From Candidatus Latescibacterota bacterium (GTDB lineage: Bacteria; Latescibacterota; UBA2968), in assembly GCA_038279365.1 (NCBI GenBank), contig JAYODI010000027.1:1-35920 (forward strand): 35,920 bases of DNA. Reading direction: 5' to 3'. Below the pieces are notes generated by a model. It saw only the letters and a program-made list of their open reading frames with translations. It made no database searches and had not been told where the DNA came from. Shown piece after piece: positions 9,385 through 18,960 of this stretch (positions are counted from its first letter, which is position 1; each line of letters opens with the position of its first letter). The position numbers were made by a program, and so were the translations under genes.

Positions 9385-10518
9385 CTAATTCACCAAATCA
9401 TACCGCGTATTGCGCCGAACCGCTCGATAACCCGCATCTTCAATTAAACGCAACATCGTTTGTAACGTCATCGCACCCGTATGGCTTGTACCGGCGGCAC
9501 TCACCACATTTTCTTCCATCATTGTACTGCCAAAATCATTGACCCCATACTTCAAACTGACTTGGGCAATCTTCGCACCTTGCGTCACCCAAGACGCTTG
9601 AAAACTGGGGATATTGTCCAAAAACAAACGCGATATGGCAATGGTGCGCAAATAATCATATCCCGTTGCTTTTTTGCCATTCCATCGGCTCAAATCACCA
9701 CCCAAATCGGTGTAGTCGGGTTGAAAATTCCACGCAATAAAAGCCGTAAACCCACCCGTTTCATCTTGTAAATTCCGAATGTGTTCCAAATGCTGAATGC
9801 GCTGTTCAATGGTTTCCACATGGCCATACATCATGGTTGCCGATGTGTGCATCCCCAACTTATGTGCAATGCGATGCACGGCCAACCACTCATCTACGCG
9901 GTCTTTTCGAAACCCAATAATATCGCGCACGTCATCCGACAAAATCTCGGCACCTGCCCCCGGGATCGAATCCAAACCCGCATCTCTTAATCGGCGAATA
10001 CAATCTTCTAAAGACAATTTTGAAATATGGGCAATATAAATAATCTCTGTGGCAGACAAACAATGTTGATGCACTTGTGGGTATCGTTCTCGAATCGCCG
10101 AAAACAGTTCTTCATAATATTCCACACGCAACTTGGGGTTCAATCCACCTTGCATCAAAATTTCGTTCGACTTGACAACATTGCCCCCTAAAACCACCAT
10201 CTCCTCAATCTTTTCAAAGATCTGTTCGTTTGGCAACACATATCCTTCATCAGACCCTGGTGCACGATAAAACGCACAAAAATCACACTTCACCCAACAC
10301 ACATTGGTGTAGTTGATGTTGCGCCCAATATTATACGAAACCTGATCGGTCGGCCATTTTTTTTGTCTTACAAAATCGGCCAACAACCCCAATTCCGTGA
10401 CATTTGGATGTTCAAAAAGTCGTGCCGCATCAGCACTCGAAATCCGTTCTTCGTTATATATTTTTTTGGCAATATCATCAATCATGGTCTTTTCCATCTT
10501 CCTTTTCAGGATACCCAT
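9385..10518 (-). CDS. mqnC: Cyclic dehypoxanthine futalosine synthase (radical SAM, CofH-like)
   Basis: 'RNINYTNVCWVKCDFCAFYR', 'LMQGGLNP', 'QASWVTQG', 'GVNDFGSTMMEENVVSAAG'. True start may be 10497 or 10485. Confidence 0.93.
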   Translation of the reverse strand: MGILKRKMEKTMIDDIAKKIYNEERISSADAARLFEHPNVTELGLLADFVRQKKWPTDQVSYNIGRNINYTNVCWVKCDFCAFYRAPGSDEGYVLPNEQIFEKIEEMVVLGGNVVKSNEILMQGGLNPKLRVEYYEELFSAIRERYPQVHQHCLSATEIIYIAHISKLSLEDCIRRLRDAGLDSIPGAGAEILSDDVRDIIGFRKDRVDEWLAVHRIAHKLGMHTSATMMYGHVETIEQRIQHLEHIRNLQDETGGFTAFIAWNFQPDYTDLGGDLSRWNGKKATGYDYLRTIAISRLFLDNIPSFQASWVTQGAKIAQVSLKYGVNDFGSTMMEENVVSAAGTSHTGAMTLQTMLRLIEDAGYRAVRRNTRYDLVN

Positions 10519-10526
10519 TTTCCCAT

Positions 10527-11675
10527 TTACGAAATCACTGGAATTTCACCCGGAATACCCACTGGAGCATCTTCGACAATCTCGCGATCTGTTGAAATCA
10601 CACGATATAAATTATCCCGCTCAACAGGGTCACGCCCTGCCTCAACAATGCGTTCCACCAACTGTTTACGGGTCAACACCTGCCGTGTTTCTTCATACGT
10701 TTTGCGTGTAATTTCATACTCTTGAATCGTACCATCCACATCATCAGCACCAAACCACAGTGCCACTTGCGAAATATCGATGGTGTTCATAATCCAAAAT
10801 GTTTTAATATGTGGAAAATTATCCAACATCAATCGCCCCACAGCCACTTCGCGCAAATCCATCACACCCGTTGGCCCCGGTAAATGTTCGAGTTCTGTCC
10901 GTTCGGGATGAAACGAAAGCGGGATGTATGTCAAAAAACCACCCGTTTCATCTTGCAAATCGCGCAAACGCACCAAGTGATTAATGCGCTCTTCAGGGTT
11001 TTCAACATGGCCATATAACATCGTAGCATTGGTATGCAAACCTACTTCATGGGCTGTGCGAGCCACCATCAACCACTCTTCCGAATCGGCCTTGGTCCAA
11101 AACAAATCTTCTTGTACGCGGTCGCTAAACACCTCGGCTCCACCACCTGGCACCGAAGACACACCTGCCTCTTTTAACTCCAGCATCACTTCTTTCAACG
11201 GTTTTTTGGCCACCCGTGCAATTTGTACCCACTCAATGGCCGTAAAAGCTTTTACGGCCACATCGGGTCGCACTTCTTTAACCGCCCGCACAATATCCAA
11301 ATAATAAGAATAGGGCAGCTTGGGATTGATGCCTGCAACCATATGAATTTCTGTAATAGGCACATGCAAATAACGACGCACACGATCCTGTACATCTTCG
11401 GGGTCTAAAACATAACCCCGATCATCTTTGGGCTTCACATAAAAAGAACAAAACTTACACAGTTTGTTGCACACATTGGTATAATTAATATGTTGATTGC
11501 GCACATACCATGCCACATTGCCACACATACGCTCTCGCACAATATTGGCCAAATAACCAACGGCATTCAAATCGGGCGTTGCATAAAGCCGCATGCCATC
11601 TTCAGAAGACAAGCGCTCTTCGGCCAACACCTTTTCTTCTATTGCACGTAAATCATCTGGAATCTTTGGCTTCAC
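10527..11675 (-). CDS. mqnE: Aminofutalosine synthase (radical SAM, CofH-like)
   Basis: 'HINYTNVCNKLCKFCSF', 'VKAFTAIE', 'PGGGAEVF', 'RLMLDNFPHIKTFW', 'FGADDVDGT'; GTG start at 11675 assumed. Confidence 0.9.
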   Translation of the reverse strand: MKPKIPDDLRAIEEKVLAEERLSSEDGMRLYATPDLNAVGYLANIVRERMCGNVAWYVRNQHINYTNVCNKLCKFCSFYVKPKDDRGYVLDPEDVQDRVRRYLHVPITEIHMVAGINPKLPYSYYLDIVRAVKEVRPDVAVKAFTAIEWVQIARVAKKPLKEVMLELKEAGVSSVPGGGAEVFSDRVQEDLFWTKADSEEWLMVARTAHEVGLHTNATMLYGHVENPEERINHLVRLRDLQDETGGFLTYIPLSFHPERTELEHLPGPTGVMDLREVAVGRLMLDNFPHIKTFWIMNTIDISQVALWFGADDVDGTIQEYEITRKTYEETRQVLTRKQLVERIVEAGRDPVERDNLYRVISTDREIVEDAPVGIPGEIPVIS

Positions 11676-11748
11676 AAAAAACCCCTTTTTTAATCCAGCG
11701 CTCAACCACAACCTTGTTTATCACATCACAAATTACGATTTCAAAAAC

Positions 11749-13452
11749 TTATATCTTTTCCGTCAACATTTCCCGAGCATGTTGGCGGGTCAATTCTGAA
11801 ATTTCTTCCCCGCCCATCATCTTGGCCAATTCTTCGGCACGTTCTTCCGTATTTAACCCCACCACCCGCGTCACCGTGCGCTTGTTTCGCGTTTCTTTTC
11901 GCACCGAAAAATGCACATCGGCCATCTTGGCAATTTGGGGCAAATGGGTAATCGAAATGGTTTGATACGATGCCGCCAACGCTTTTAATTTTTTACCCAC
12001 CACCTCCGCAATACGCCCCGAAATTCCAATATCAATTTCATCAAAAATAATTACCTGTACCGAATCGGTATGCACCAACACCGTTTTCATTGCCAACATA
12101 ATACGTGAAATTTCCCCCCCCGAAGCCACTTTTACCAAGGGGCGAGGTGCTTCACCGGCATTGGTAGACAAATAGAATTCACCCTCATCAATGCCTCTAT
12201 AATTGGCATCTGCTTTTTTACCATCAACAACCACCAACCCATTGGGGCTATGGTGTTGTTCTAATTGTACTTCAAACTGCACATCGGGCATACCCAATTC
12301 ACCCAACGTTTCACAAATATGTTTGGCCAACTTTCGGGCAGCCTTTTGTCGGGCCTTAGACAAAGCCACACACTGCTTCGTATACGCAGTCAAAACTTGT
12401 TCAATTTCGCCATCCAATTCATGCAATGCCGCATCCAACTCATCGGTAAGCAACAATTCTTTTTGCGCATTTTGACGATAAGCCAACACACTGTCTAAAT
12501 TGCCACCATACTTTTTCTTTAATACCGCAAGTACTTCCAAGCGTTCATTTACTTCGGCCAATTGCTCAGGGTTGTGTTCTATGCGTTGTCCATAATCATT
12601 TAGAGCACGCGCCAACTCTTCGACACCATACCGAAACCCATTCAATTCTTCAGCACGGGGTTCCAAGCTTTTATCTAACCTAGCGGCTTCGTCCATTAAC
12701 TGCCCAGCCAAGCCCAAACGATCTGCAACAGAATCTTCACCTTCATATAACAATGCTTCTAATGAAACTGCTATTTCTGTTAACCGCTCGGCATGGGCCA
12801 ACAACGACCGCTCTTGATCCAAATCGACATCTTCACCCGCCTTGGGATTGGCCAAATCAATTTCTTGCACTTGATATTCAAGCAACTCTCGGCGTTCGCG
12901 TTGTCGGTGGGCAATGGCCTCTTTTTCTACTTTTCTTTTTTGCAACGTAATCAAAGATGTATAAGAAGCTTCAACTTCTTGCCGCAAAAGGCGCAAATCG
13001 CCAAAACCATCTAAAAAATCCAAATGTTGTTCAACATCCAATAAAGACTGATGGTCGTGCTGGCCATGTAAGTCGACCAATGTGCGCCCCAAATCGTTCA
13101 AGGCGCGCACCGGAATGGCCAATCCATTGATATAACACCGACTTCTGCCTTCGGCCAATACTTCTCGGCGCACAATCAATTCGCCACCATCCACATCAAT
13201 GCCCATTTCTGTAAGCGGAGCCAAGCTTGGGTGTTCTGGATGCAAATCAAAAATGGCCTCAACCGTACATTTTTCTTCACCCGTGCGAATCACATCGGGG
13301 TTGGCACGCATACCAAGCACCAAACCCAAAGCGCCAATCAAAATAGATTTGCCGGCACCTGTTTCACCCGTAATAATATTGAGCCCCGACGCAAACTCGA
13401 TCTCAAGATCGTCGATCAGAGCATAATTCATCACATGCAAACGACTCAGCAC
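11749..13452 (-). CDS. recN: DNA repair protein RecN
   Basis: Walker A 'TGETGAGKS', 'HGQHDHQ', 'VASGGEISRIMLA', Walker B 'IFDEIDIGISG', 'ITHLPQIA'. Confidence 0.97.
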   Translation of the reverse strand: MLSRLHVMNYALIDDLEIEFASGLNIITGETGAGKSILIGALGLVLGMRANPDVIRTGEEKCTVEAIFDLHPEHPSLAPLTEMGIDVDGGELIVRREVLAEGRSRCYINGLAIPVRALNDLGRTLVDLHGQHDHQSLLDVEQHLDFLDGFGDLRLLRQEVEASYTSLITLQKRKVEKEAIAHRQRERRELLEYQVQEIDLANPKAGEDVDLDQERSLLAHAERLTEIAVSLEALLYEGEDSVADRLGLAGQLMDEAARLDKSLEPRAEELNGFRYGVEELARALNDYGQRIEHNPEQLAEVNERLEVLAVLKKKYGGNLDSVLAYRQNAQKELLLTDELDAALHELDGEIEQVLTAYTKQCVALSKARQKAARKLAKHICETLGELGMPDVQFEVQLEQHHSPNGLVVVDGKKADANYRGIDEGEFYLSTNAGEAPRPLVKVASGGEISRIMLAMKTVLVHTDSVQVIIFDEIDIGISGRIAEVVGKKLKALAASYQTISITHLPQIAKMADVHFSVRKETRNKRTVTRVVGLNTEERAEELAKMMGGEEISELTRQHAREMLTEKI

Positions 13453-13463
13453 TGTGCCATCTC

Positions 13464-14318
13464 CTATGTTCTACGGTCCAAACTCCAATCGAGTTTGCGG
13501 CGCAACACATCATAAAAAGATAGACCTTGTAAATTGATCAGCCTGATGGGATGAGATGTTTTTTGAATTAAAACTTGTTCTTCGGGTTTCATTTGGGCCA
13601 CGGTGCGCCCATCCGTTGACAAAACGATATCGGAATGCACCGCCGACACTTGAACCGTTACAGTTTGATCACCCGGCACCACCAATGGTCGCAATGTAAG
13701 TGAATGAGGGCTAATGGGAGTGAGAATGAGGGCATCCATATCGGGATGCACAATGGGCCCCCCACTTGACAAACTGTAACTTGTAGATCCCGTGGGGGTG
13801 GCCAAAATCAACCCATTGCCCCAAAAAGAACTGACAGCCGCATCCCCAATCCACGTTTTTACCTGAACCATACGCGAAGCCACCGCACGCTCTACAACCA
13901 CTTCATTGAGTGCAAAAACACACTGCCCCTGTACCTTTGCCATCAATGCCATGCGAGATTCTACCCGATAATCGCCTGCTAACAAACAATCCAAACCCTC
14001 TTCCAATTCACTGGGTTCGGCACCAGCCAAAAAACCCAATCGACCCAAGTTTACACCCAAAATAGGTGTGTCATAATCTTGTACCACTGCTGCGGCACGT
14101 AAAATTGTACCATCGCCACCCATCGCGATCAGCAAATCTGCTTTGGCAGCCAAGTCTTCTTTGCAACAAAATTGCACCGCATCTAATTTGCAAACAGCTT
14201 GCAAATCGTCAGATATCAAAACAGACGCACCGCGCTCAATCAATCGTTTGGCCAAATGTAAAACAGATTGAGCAATGCCTTCTTGATTGGGATTGGACAA
14301 AATGCCTATGTGATTCAT
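13464..14318 (-). CDS. nadK: NAD(+) kinase
   Basis: 'GGDGTIL', 'GVNLGRLGFL', 'LNEVV', 'TPTGSTSYSLSSGGP'; directly upstream of recN. Confidence 0.95.
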   Translation of the reverse strand: MNHIGILSNPNQEGIAQSVLHLAKRLIERGASVLISDDLQAVCKLDAVQFCCKEDLAAKADLLIAMGGDGTILRAAAVVQDYDTPILGVNLGRLGFLAGAEPSELEEGLDCLLAGDYRVESRMALMAKVQGQCVFALNEVVVERAVASRMVQVKTWIGDAAVSSFWGNGLILATPTGSTSYSLSSGGPIVHPDMDALILTPISPHSLTLRPLVVPGDQTVTVQVSAVHSDIVLSTDGRTVAQMKPEEQVLIQKTSHPIRLINLQGLSFYDVLRRKLDWSLDRRT

Positions 14319-14336
14319 AAGTGCCTCAGTAGCACG

Positions 14337-14591
14337 TTAAACATCATCGTCGTTCTCAATATCCAATGCCTGCAACTCAAATTCTCCGCCATTTTTTTCA
14401 ACCAATACTTCCACGCGCTGACGGGCATCTTCTAATAACGCACGACATATATTGGATGCTTTTAAACCTTCCTCAAATGCCAATAACGCATCTGAAAGAG
14501 GCAAATTGCCTTCCTCAAGTTTGTCAACAGCCAGTTCCAATTTCTCTAACGCATCTTCAAATGAAGGTTCATCTACTTTTTTTTTGGCCAT
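14337..14591 (-). CDS. xseB: Exodeoxyribonuclease VII small subunit
   Basis: 'SFEDALEKLE..VDKLEEGNLPLSDALLAFEEG'; follows xseA. Confidence 0.95.
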   Translation of the reverse strand: MAKKKVDEPSFEDALEKLELAVDKLEEGNLPLSDALLAFEEGLKASNICRALLEDARQRVEVLVEKNGGEFELQALDIENDDDV

Positions 14592-14675
14592 AAAACGCAC
14601 CTATTTTTTCAGTGAAAGACTCAAAAAATGCAACATAATTATTGGCAACCCACACAAGCACGTGTACGCAACGAC

Positions 14676-15878
14676 TCAATTTTCATTTACCACATCTTCG
14701 ACCCGACAAATGGCCTCACCCTTTTCAAATCGTACCCGCAACAAATCGTCTGGGTGCAATATGTTTGCATCTTGAATCACCATACCATCTGCAACACGCT
14801 GGGTTAAACTGTATCCACGCGACAACACAGACAAAGGACTCAAAGATCCTAACTTACCTGTCAAATGGCGATAATCGGCCATGCGTGCATCATATGTCCG
14901 TCGTAAATGTACTTCCAAATCGCGGTGCAAATCATCAACATGTTGCATGTGTTGAAAAACCTGATCGGCCATGCGACGCATACCATAACTTTCGGTATAA
15001 TGTTCGAGCAAATCTTCATTTTCGCGCAACAACCGCAACATAGACTCACGTGCACGCAAAGTCAATCGCGCCACCTGTTCGCGCACACCCAAAGCATCAC
15101 GCACCACAATTTCTGCTGCGGCAGAAGGTGTTGGTGCACGAAAATCGGCGGCCAAATCACAAAGCGATACATCCACCTCATGCCCCACTGCCGAAATAAT
15201 GGGAATTGCAGAAGAGGCAACCGCACGCACCACCCGCTCATCATTAAATGCCGCCAAATCTTCTGCCGAACCACCGCCTCGCCCCACAATCAATACATCA
15301 ACATCCCCATAGGCATTCAAATCGGCAATACCTTGTGCAATATCTTCTGCCGCACCTACGCCTTGTACTAAGGCAGGGCGTAACACCACACGCACCCCAG
15401 CAAAACGCCGTTTTAAAACATGTAAAATATCTCGAAATGCGGCCCCTGTGGCCGAAGTAACAACCCCAATAGCACTTGGAAAAGTGGGCAATGGCCGTTT
15501 TTTATCTTCATCAAAAATACCTTCGGCAGTCAATTTTTGTTTGAGTTGCTCAAACGCCAACTGCTGTTGCCCCATGCCTGCTGGAAACATTTGCAGGGCA
15601 TTGAGTTGATAATCTCCGCGCCGCTCATAAACCGTCAACTCACCCTGTACAAGCACTTCCATACCAGGTTCAGGACGAAATTGCCCCAATGATCGCGACC
15701 GCCACATCACACCTTTTAATTGGCTGTTTTTATCTGACAATGAAAAGTAGCGATGTCCTGAGCTGTGCTGTGTAAAAGAGGTTAATTCACCAACCACCCA
15801 CATCGGTGGAAAAGACTCCAATGTCTGCTTAATGGCCAGTGTTACCTCAGATACCGTCAGCGGCTGATCAGACATCAT
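14676..15878 (-). CDS. xseA: Exodeoxyribonuclease VII large subunit
   Basis: 'SSGHRYFSL', 'VVTSATGAAFRDI', 'VGRGGGSAEDL', 'SAVGHEVD', 'RAPTPSAAAE'. Confidence 0.97.
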   Translation of the reverse strand: MMSDQPLTVSEVTLAIKQTLESFPPMWVVGELTSFTQHSSGHRYFSLSDKNSQLKGVMWRSRSLGQFRPEPGMEVLVQGELTVYERRGDYQLNALQMFPAGMGQQQLAFEQLKQKLTAEGIFDEDKKRPLPTFPSAIGVVTSATGAAFRDILHVLKRRFAGVRVVLRPALVQGVGAAEDIAQGIADLNAYGDVDVLIVGRGGGSAEDLAAFNDERVVRAVASSAIPIISAVGHEVDVSLCDLAADFRAPTPSAAAEIVVRDALGVREQVARLTLRARESMLRLLRENEDLLEHYTESYGMRRMADQVFQHMQHVDDLHRDLEVHLRRTYDARMADYRHLTGKLGSLSPLSVLSRGYSLTQRVADGMVIQDANILHPDDLLRVRFEKGEAICRVEDVVNEN

Positions 15879-16660
15879 TCCTCCAGGTCCAAACGCAAAC
15901 GCTCAATGTGCTGGGCTTTCCCAGTGGTTTCATCAATGTCCATGAGCACACCACACAGTTTCACATCCCCTGAAGCAGGTTCAAACCGAACCGGCATGCG
16001 GTTGACAAACCGCCCCACTGCCGCTTCTTTTTCTGCACCAATCACAGAATCATGAGGGCCAGTCATCCCCGCATCGGTGATATAAGCTGTGCCTTGGGGC
16101 AACACCTGCTCATCTGCTGTTTGCACATGGGTGTGCGTGCCCAAAACCGCACTGACCTTCCCATCCAAAAACCATCCCATGGCTATCTTTTCAGATGTGG
16201 CCTCGGCGTGAAAATCAACCACAATAACAGGTGTTTTTTCGCGCAGTTTTGCAACGATCTTTTCGCCCAATCGAAACGGACAATCCAAATCCAACATATT
16301 GGTTCGGCCTTGCAAACTCACCACCCCTACCAAAATGCCATTGCGCGATTCAAACACACCAGCACCCAAACCGCCCACCTCGTCTGGATAATTGGCGGGG
16401 CGCAACACACGGTCGCCCGATTGAATATAACCGAGCGAATCTTTTTGATCCCACACATGATTACCAGTGGTAATCACATCAGCACCATAGGCATGAAATT
16501 TTTTACCTATTTTTTCCGTAATTCCAAAACCACCTGCAGAATTTTCACCATTGACAATGCAAAAATCTACACCATGAGTTTCCATCAACTGAGGAATAAA
16601 AAATGCGGCTGCTCGTCGTCCAGGTTTGGCATAAACATCACCAACAAACAAAATTTTCAC
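15875..16660 (-). CDS. ymdB: YmdB/TIGR00282 family metallophosphoesterase
   Basis: 'KILFVGDV', 'NGENSAGGFG', 'TGNHVWD', 'DFHAEATSEK', 'GTHTHVQTAD'; downstream of rny. Confidence 0.93.
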   Translation of the reverse strand: MKILFVGDVYAKPGRRAAAFFIPQLMETHGVDFCIVNGENSAGGFGITEKIGKKFHAYGADVITTGNHVWDQKDSLGYIQSGDRVLRPANYPDEVGGLGAGVFESRNGILVGVVSLQGRTNMLDLDCPFRLGEKIVAKLREKTPVIVVDFHAEATSEKIAMGWFLDGKVSAVLGTHTHVQTADEQVLPQGTAYITDAGMTGPHDSVIGAEKEAAVGRFVNRMPVRFEPASGDVKLCGVLMDIDETTGKAQHIERLRLDLEE

Positions 16661-16683
16661 ACGTCCCCCAATCGCCCAAATAC

Positions 16684-16751
16684 AAAGGAGAAAAAAGAAA
16701 GAAGAAAAAAATCACCTTCTTCTTCCACCTCTCTTCTCTCTTCTCTCTTTT
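16684..16751. repeat. Polypurine tract followed by a polypyrimidine tract with (CTCTTCT)n
   Basis: A/G-only run 16684-16711 and near C/T-only run 16715-16751 containing about three CTCTTCT units. Confidence 0.6.
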
Positions 16752-16806
16752 AAAACAAGTCTCATGAATATACTAAACTTTTACCTCATGCCAACTTATA
16801 AAAAAC

Positions 16807-16846
16807 AAAAAAGCAGCAAGCAAGCCCTGCCTGCCTACTGCCTTTT
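16807..16846 (-). terminator. Intrinsic terminator after rny
   Basis: Minus strand GGCAGTAGGCAG-gcaggg-CTTGCTTGCTGCT followed by a T run. Confidence 0.7.
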
Positions 16847-16851
16847 ATGAG

Positions 16852-16934
16852 GTCGCAAGTCTGCAGGTCTACAAGTCACAAGTCAAGAAACTTTCTGGTT
16901 TTGACCTGTGACCTGCAGACTTGTGACTTGCGAC
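16852..16934. repeat. Inverted array of degenerate 7-8-mers (CAAGTC-type / GACTTG-type)
   Basis: GTCGCAAGTCTGCAGGTCTACAAGTCACAAGTC ... GACCTGTGACCTGCAGACTTGTGACTTGCGAC. Confidence 0.8.
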
Positions 16935-16954
16935 TATTTTTATTGTGACTGTCC

Positions 16955-18517
16955 TTATCTTGCAAAATCAACCGCACGAACTTCTCGAATCACGGTCACC
17001 TTCACCTGCCCAGGATACGTCATAGTTTCTTCAAGGCGTTCGGCTATTTTAGCAGCCAATTTCTCGGTATCTTCATCGCTTAAAAGATCGCAATTGGCAA
17101 CCACACGCACCTCTTGACCTGCCTGAATGGCATATACGGCATCTACACCTTCAATATCGGCCGCAATGGTTTCCAATTTTTCTAAGCGCCGAACATAATT
17201 TTCCAACACCTCGCGCCGTGCACCTGGCCGTGCTCTCGAAATGGTTTCTGCGGCATCAACAAGCACAGCAATGGGCGATAAGGGATCGGCATCTTTATGA
17301 TGGGCTTCAATGGCATTAACCACCTGGGCATCTTCACCATATTTACGCGCCAAGTCTGCCCCATTTTCACCATAGGTTCCATCGGCCTCATGAGAGAGGC
17401 CTTTGCCAATGTCGTGCAACAGACCTGCCCGTTTTGCCAACTGGGCATCGAGCCCCAAATGTGTGGCCATCAAACCCGCCAAAAATGCCACCTCTCGGCT
17501 GTGGTTTAATACATTTTGGCCGTAACTGGTGCGATATTTTAAACGACCCAAGCATTCGATCAGCCGCTCATGTAAACCTGGTACACCCACATCAAACGCC
17601 GTCTCTTCGCCAGCTTGACGAATCACGTCCTGCATGTTTTCACGGGCTTTTTCAACCACTTCTTCAATGCGCCCAGGATGAATACGCCCATCGACCACCA
17701 ATTGCTCCAATGCAATTTTGGCAACAGCACGCCGAACGGGATCAAACCCAGATAAAACAACAGCTTCGGGTGTGTCATCTACAATAACATCGACACCTGT
17801 ACACATTTCAAATGCCCTAATATTGCGCCCTTCTCGGCCAATAATACGGCCTTTCATCTCATCCGATGGCAACTTGACCACGGCCACTGTCGATTCAACA
17901 GTATGATCAGCGGCCAAACGCTGAATGGCTGTGGCAATAATTTCTCGGGCTTCATCATTGGCCCGTGAAAGTGCATCTTCTTTAATCTCTTTAATGCGCC
18001 AAGCGGCCTCTCGGTGGGCTTCATTTTCTAAATTTTCCATCAACTCACGTTTGGCCTGTTCCCGTGTCAGTCCGGCAATGTACTCCAATTTTGCCTTTTG
18101 GGCCTCTAATGAGGCGTCCAATTCTTGCGACTTGGCCTCTACTTCTTGTTGTATTTTCTCAATTTGCTGCTCTAACTCACCCACCTGCTTTTCTTTGTCG
18201 TTCAGCAAATCGGCCCGCCGATCCAATTGTCGCGCCGTGCTATTTAACTGTGTTTCCTTGCGTTTGATTTGATTCCAACGGTCTTCAATTTGTTTTTCGT
18301 TTTCCACCCGAGCTTGATGAATTTCATCTTTGGCTTCCAAAATTGCCGTTCGTTTTTCATCTTCTGCTTCGCGTTGGGCATCTTCTAAAATCTTCTCTGC
18401 CGAGGTTTCAGCGCGCAATACTTTGCTGTGCGCACTCTTGCTGCTCATTACCCAGCCAAGAATGACACCCAAAAGCATCAACCCGGTCGACAGCAATACA
18501 ACCGATACTTGATCCAT
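16955..18517 (-). CDS. rny: Ribonuclease Y
   Basis: N-terminal TM, coiled coil, KH 'MKGRIIGREGRNIR', HD 'YRTSYGQNVLNHS...LLHDIGK', 'RPGARRE', 'YPGQVKVTVIRE'; GGAG SD before ATG 18517. Confidence 0.96.
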   Translation of the reverse strand: MDQVSVVLLSTGLMLLGVILGWVMSSKSAHSKVLRAETSAEKILEDAQREAEDEKRTAILEAKDEIHQARVENEKQIEDRWNQIKRKETQLNSTARQLDRRADLLNDKEKQVGELEQQIEKIQQEVEAKSQELDASLEAQKAKLEYIAGLTREQAKRELMENLENEAHREAAWRIKEIKEDALSRANDEAREIIATAIQRLAADHTVESTVAVVKLPSDEMKGRIIGREGRNIRAFEMCTGVDVIVDDTPEAVVLSGFDPVRRAVAKIALEQLVVDGRIHPGRIEEVVEKARENMQDVIRQAGEETAFDVGVPGLHERLIECLGRLKYRTSYGQNVLNHSREVAFLAGLMATHLGLDAQLAKRAGLLHDIGKGLSHEADGTYGENGADLARKYGEDAQVVNAIEAHHKDADPLSPIAVLVDAAETISRARPGARREVLENYVRRLEKLETIAADIEGVDAVYAIQAGQEVRVVANCDLLSDEDTEKLAAKIAERLEETMTYPGQVKVTVIREVRAVDFAR

Positions 18518-18546
18518 GGCCATCTCCATTTTTGAATACCAAAACA

Positions 18547-18615
18547 AAACCCCACCGTTACTTGTCTTGACATGCCAAAGCATTTTGACATACCGAGACA
18601 AACACAGTGGGGTTT
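18547..18615 (-). promoter_or_regulatory. Long imperfect hairpin in the rny 5' leader
   Basis: Three stacked helices on the mRNA: AAACCCCAC/GUGGGGUUU, UUGUCU/AGACAA, UAUGUCAAA/UUUGGCAUG. Confidence 0.6.
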
Positions 18616-18658
18616 CAAACCCAAAACAACATAGACACCATCACATCAGAAAGGTCCG

Positions 18659-18949
18659 TTACTCCCTAATAGGCTGATCTACCGACCGCGCAAGTTTGTT
18701 GGCTTTCTCATTGGCCATTTGCGACATTTGTTGGCCTTCATCCTGTGCCTTAAACAACTCATCTGCCAAATTAACGGCAGTAAGCACAGCAATCTTAGAA
18801 ACCGAGCGCAAAGATAAGTTATTGGCCACTTCACGCATCTTACGGTCTATATAACGCGCCACTTCGCGGGTATGTTCAGCGTCTGTTTGGCTCGCAATCT
18901 GATATTCTGAACCGAATATTTGAACGCGAACAACGGGTGATTCTGACAT
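18659..18949 (-). CDS. zapA: Cell division protein ZapA
   Basis: 'VRVQIFGSEYQI', 'VARYIDRKM', 'KIAVLTAVNLADELF'; upstream of rny. Confidence 0.9.
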   Translation of the reverse strand: MSESPVVRVQIFGSEYQIASQTDAEHTREVARYIDRKMREVANNLSLRSVSKIAVLTAVNLADELFKAQDEGQQMSQMANEKANKLARSVDQPIRE

Positions 18950-18960
18950 AAATTTCCAAC

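Noticed and set aside
16052-16753. 233-aa plus-strand ORF and the many other antisense or overlapping ORFs in the track
   Set aside because: They shadow well-supported genes on the other strand or frame and have no recognisable motifs.
18530-18658. Calling a 6S RNA gene outright
   Set aside because: The gap is too short and lacks a large central bubble; kept only as a finding.
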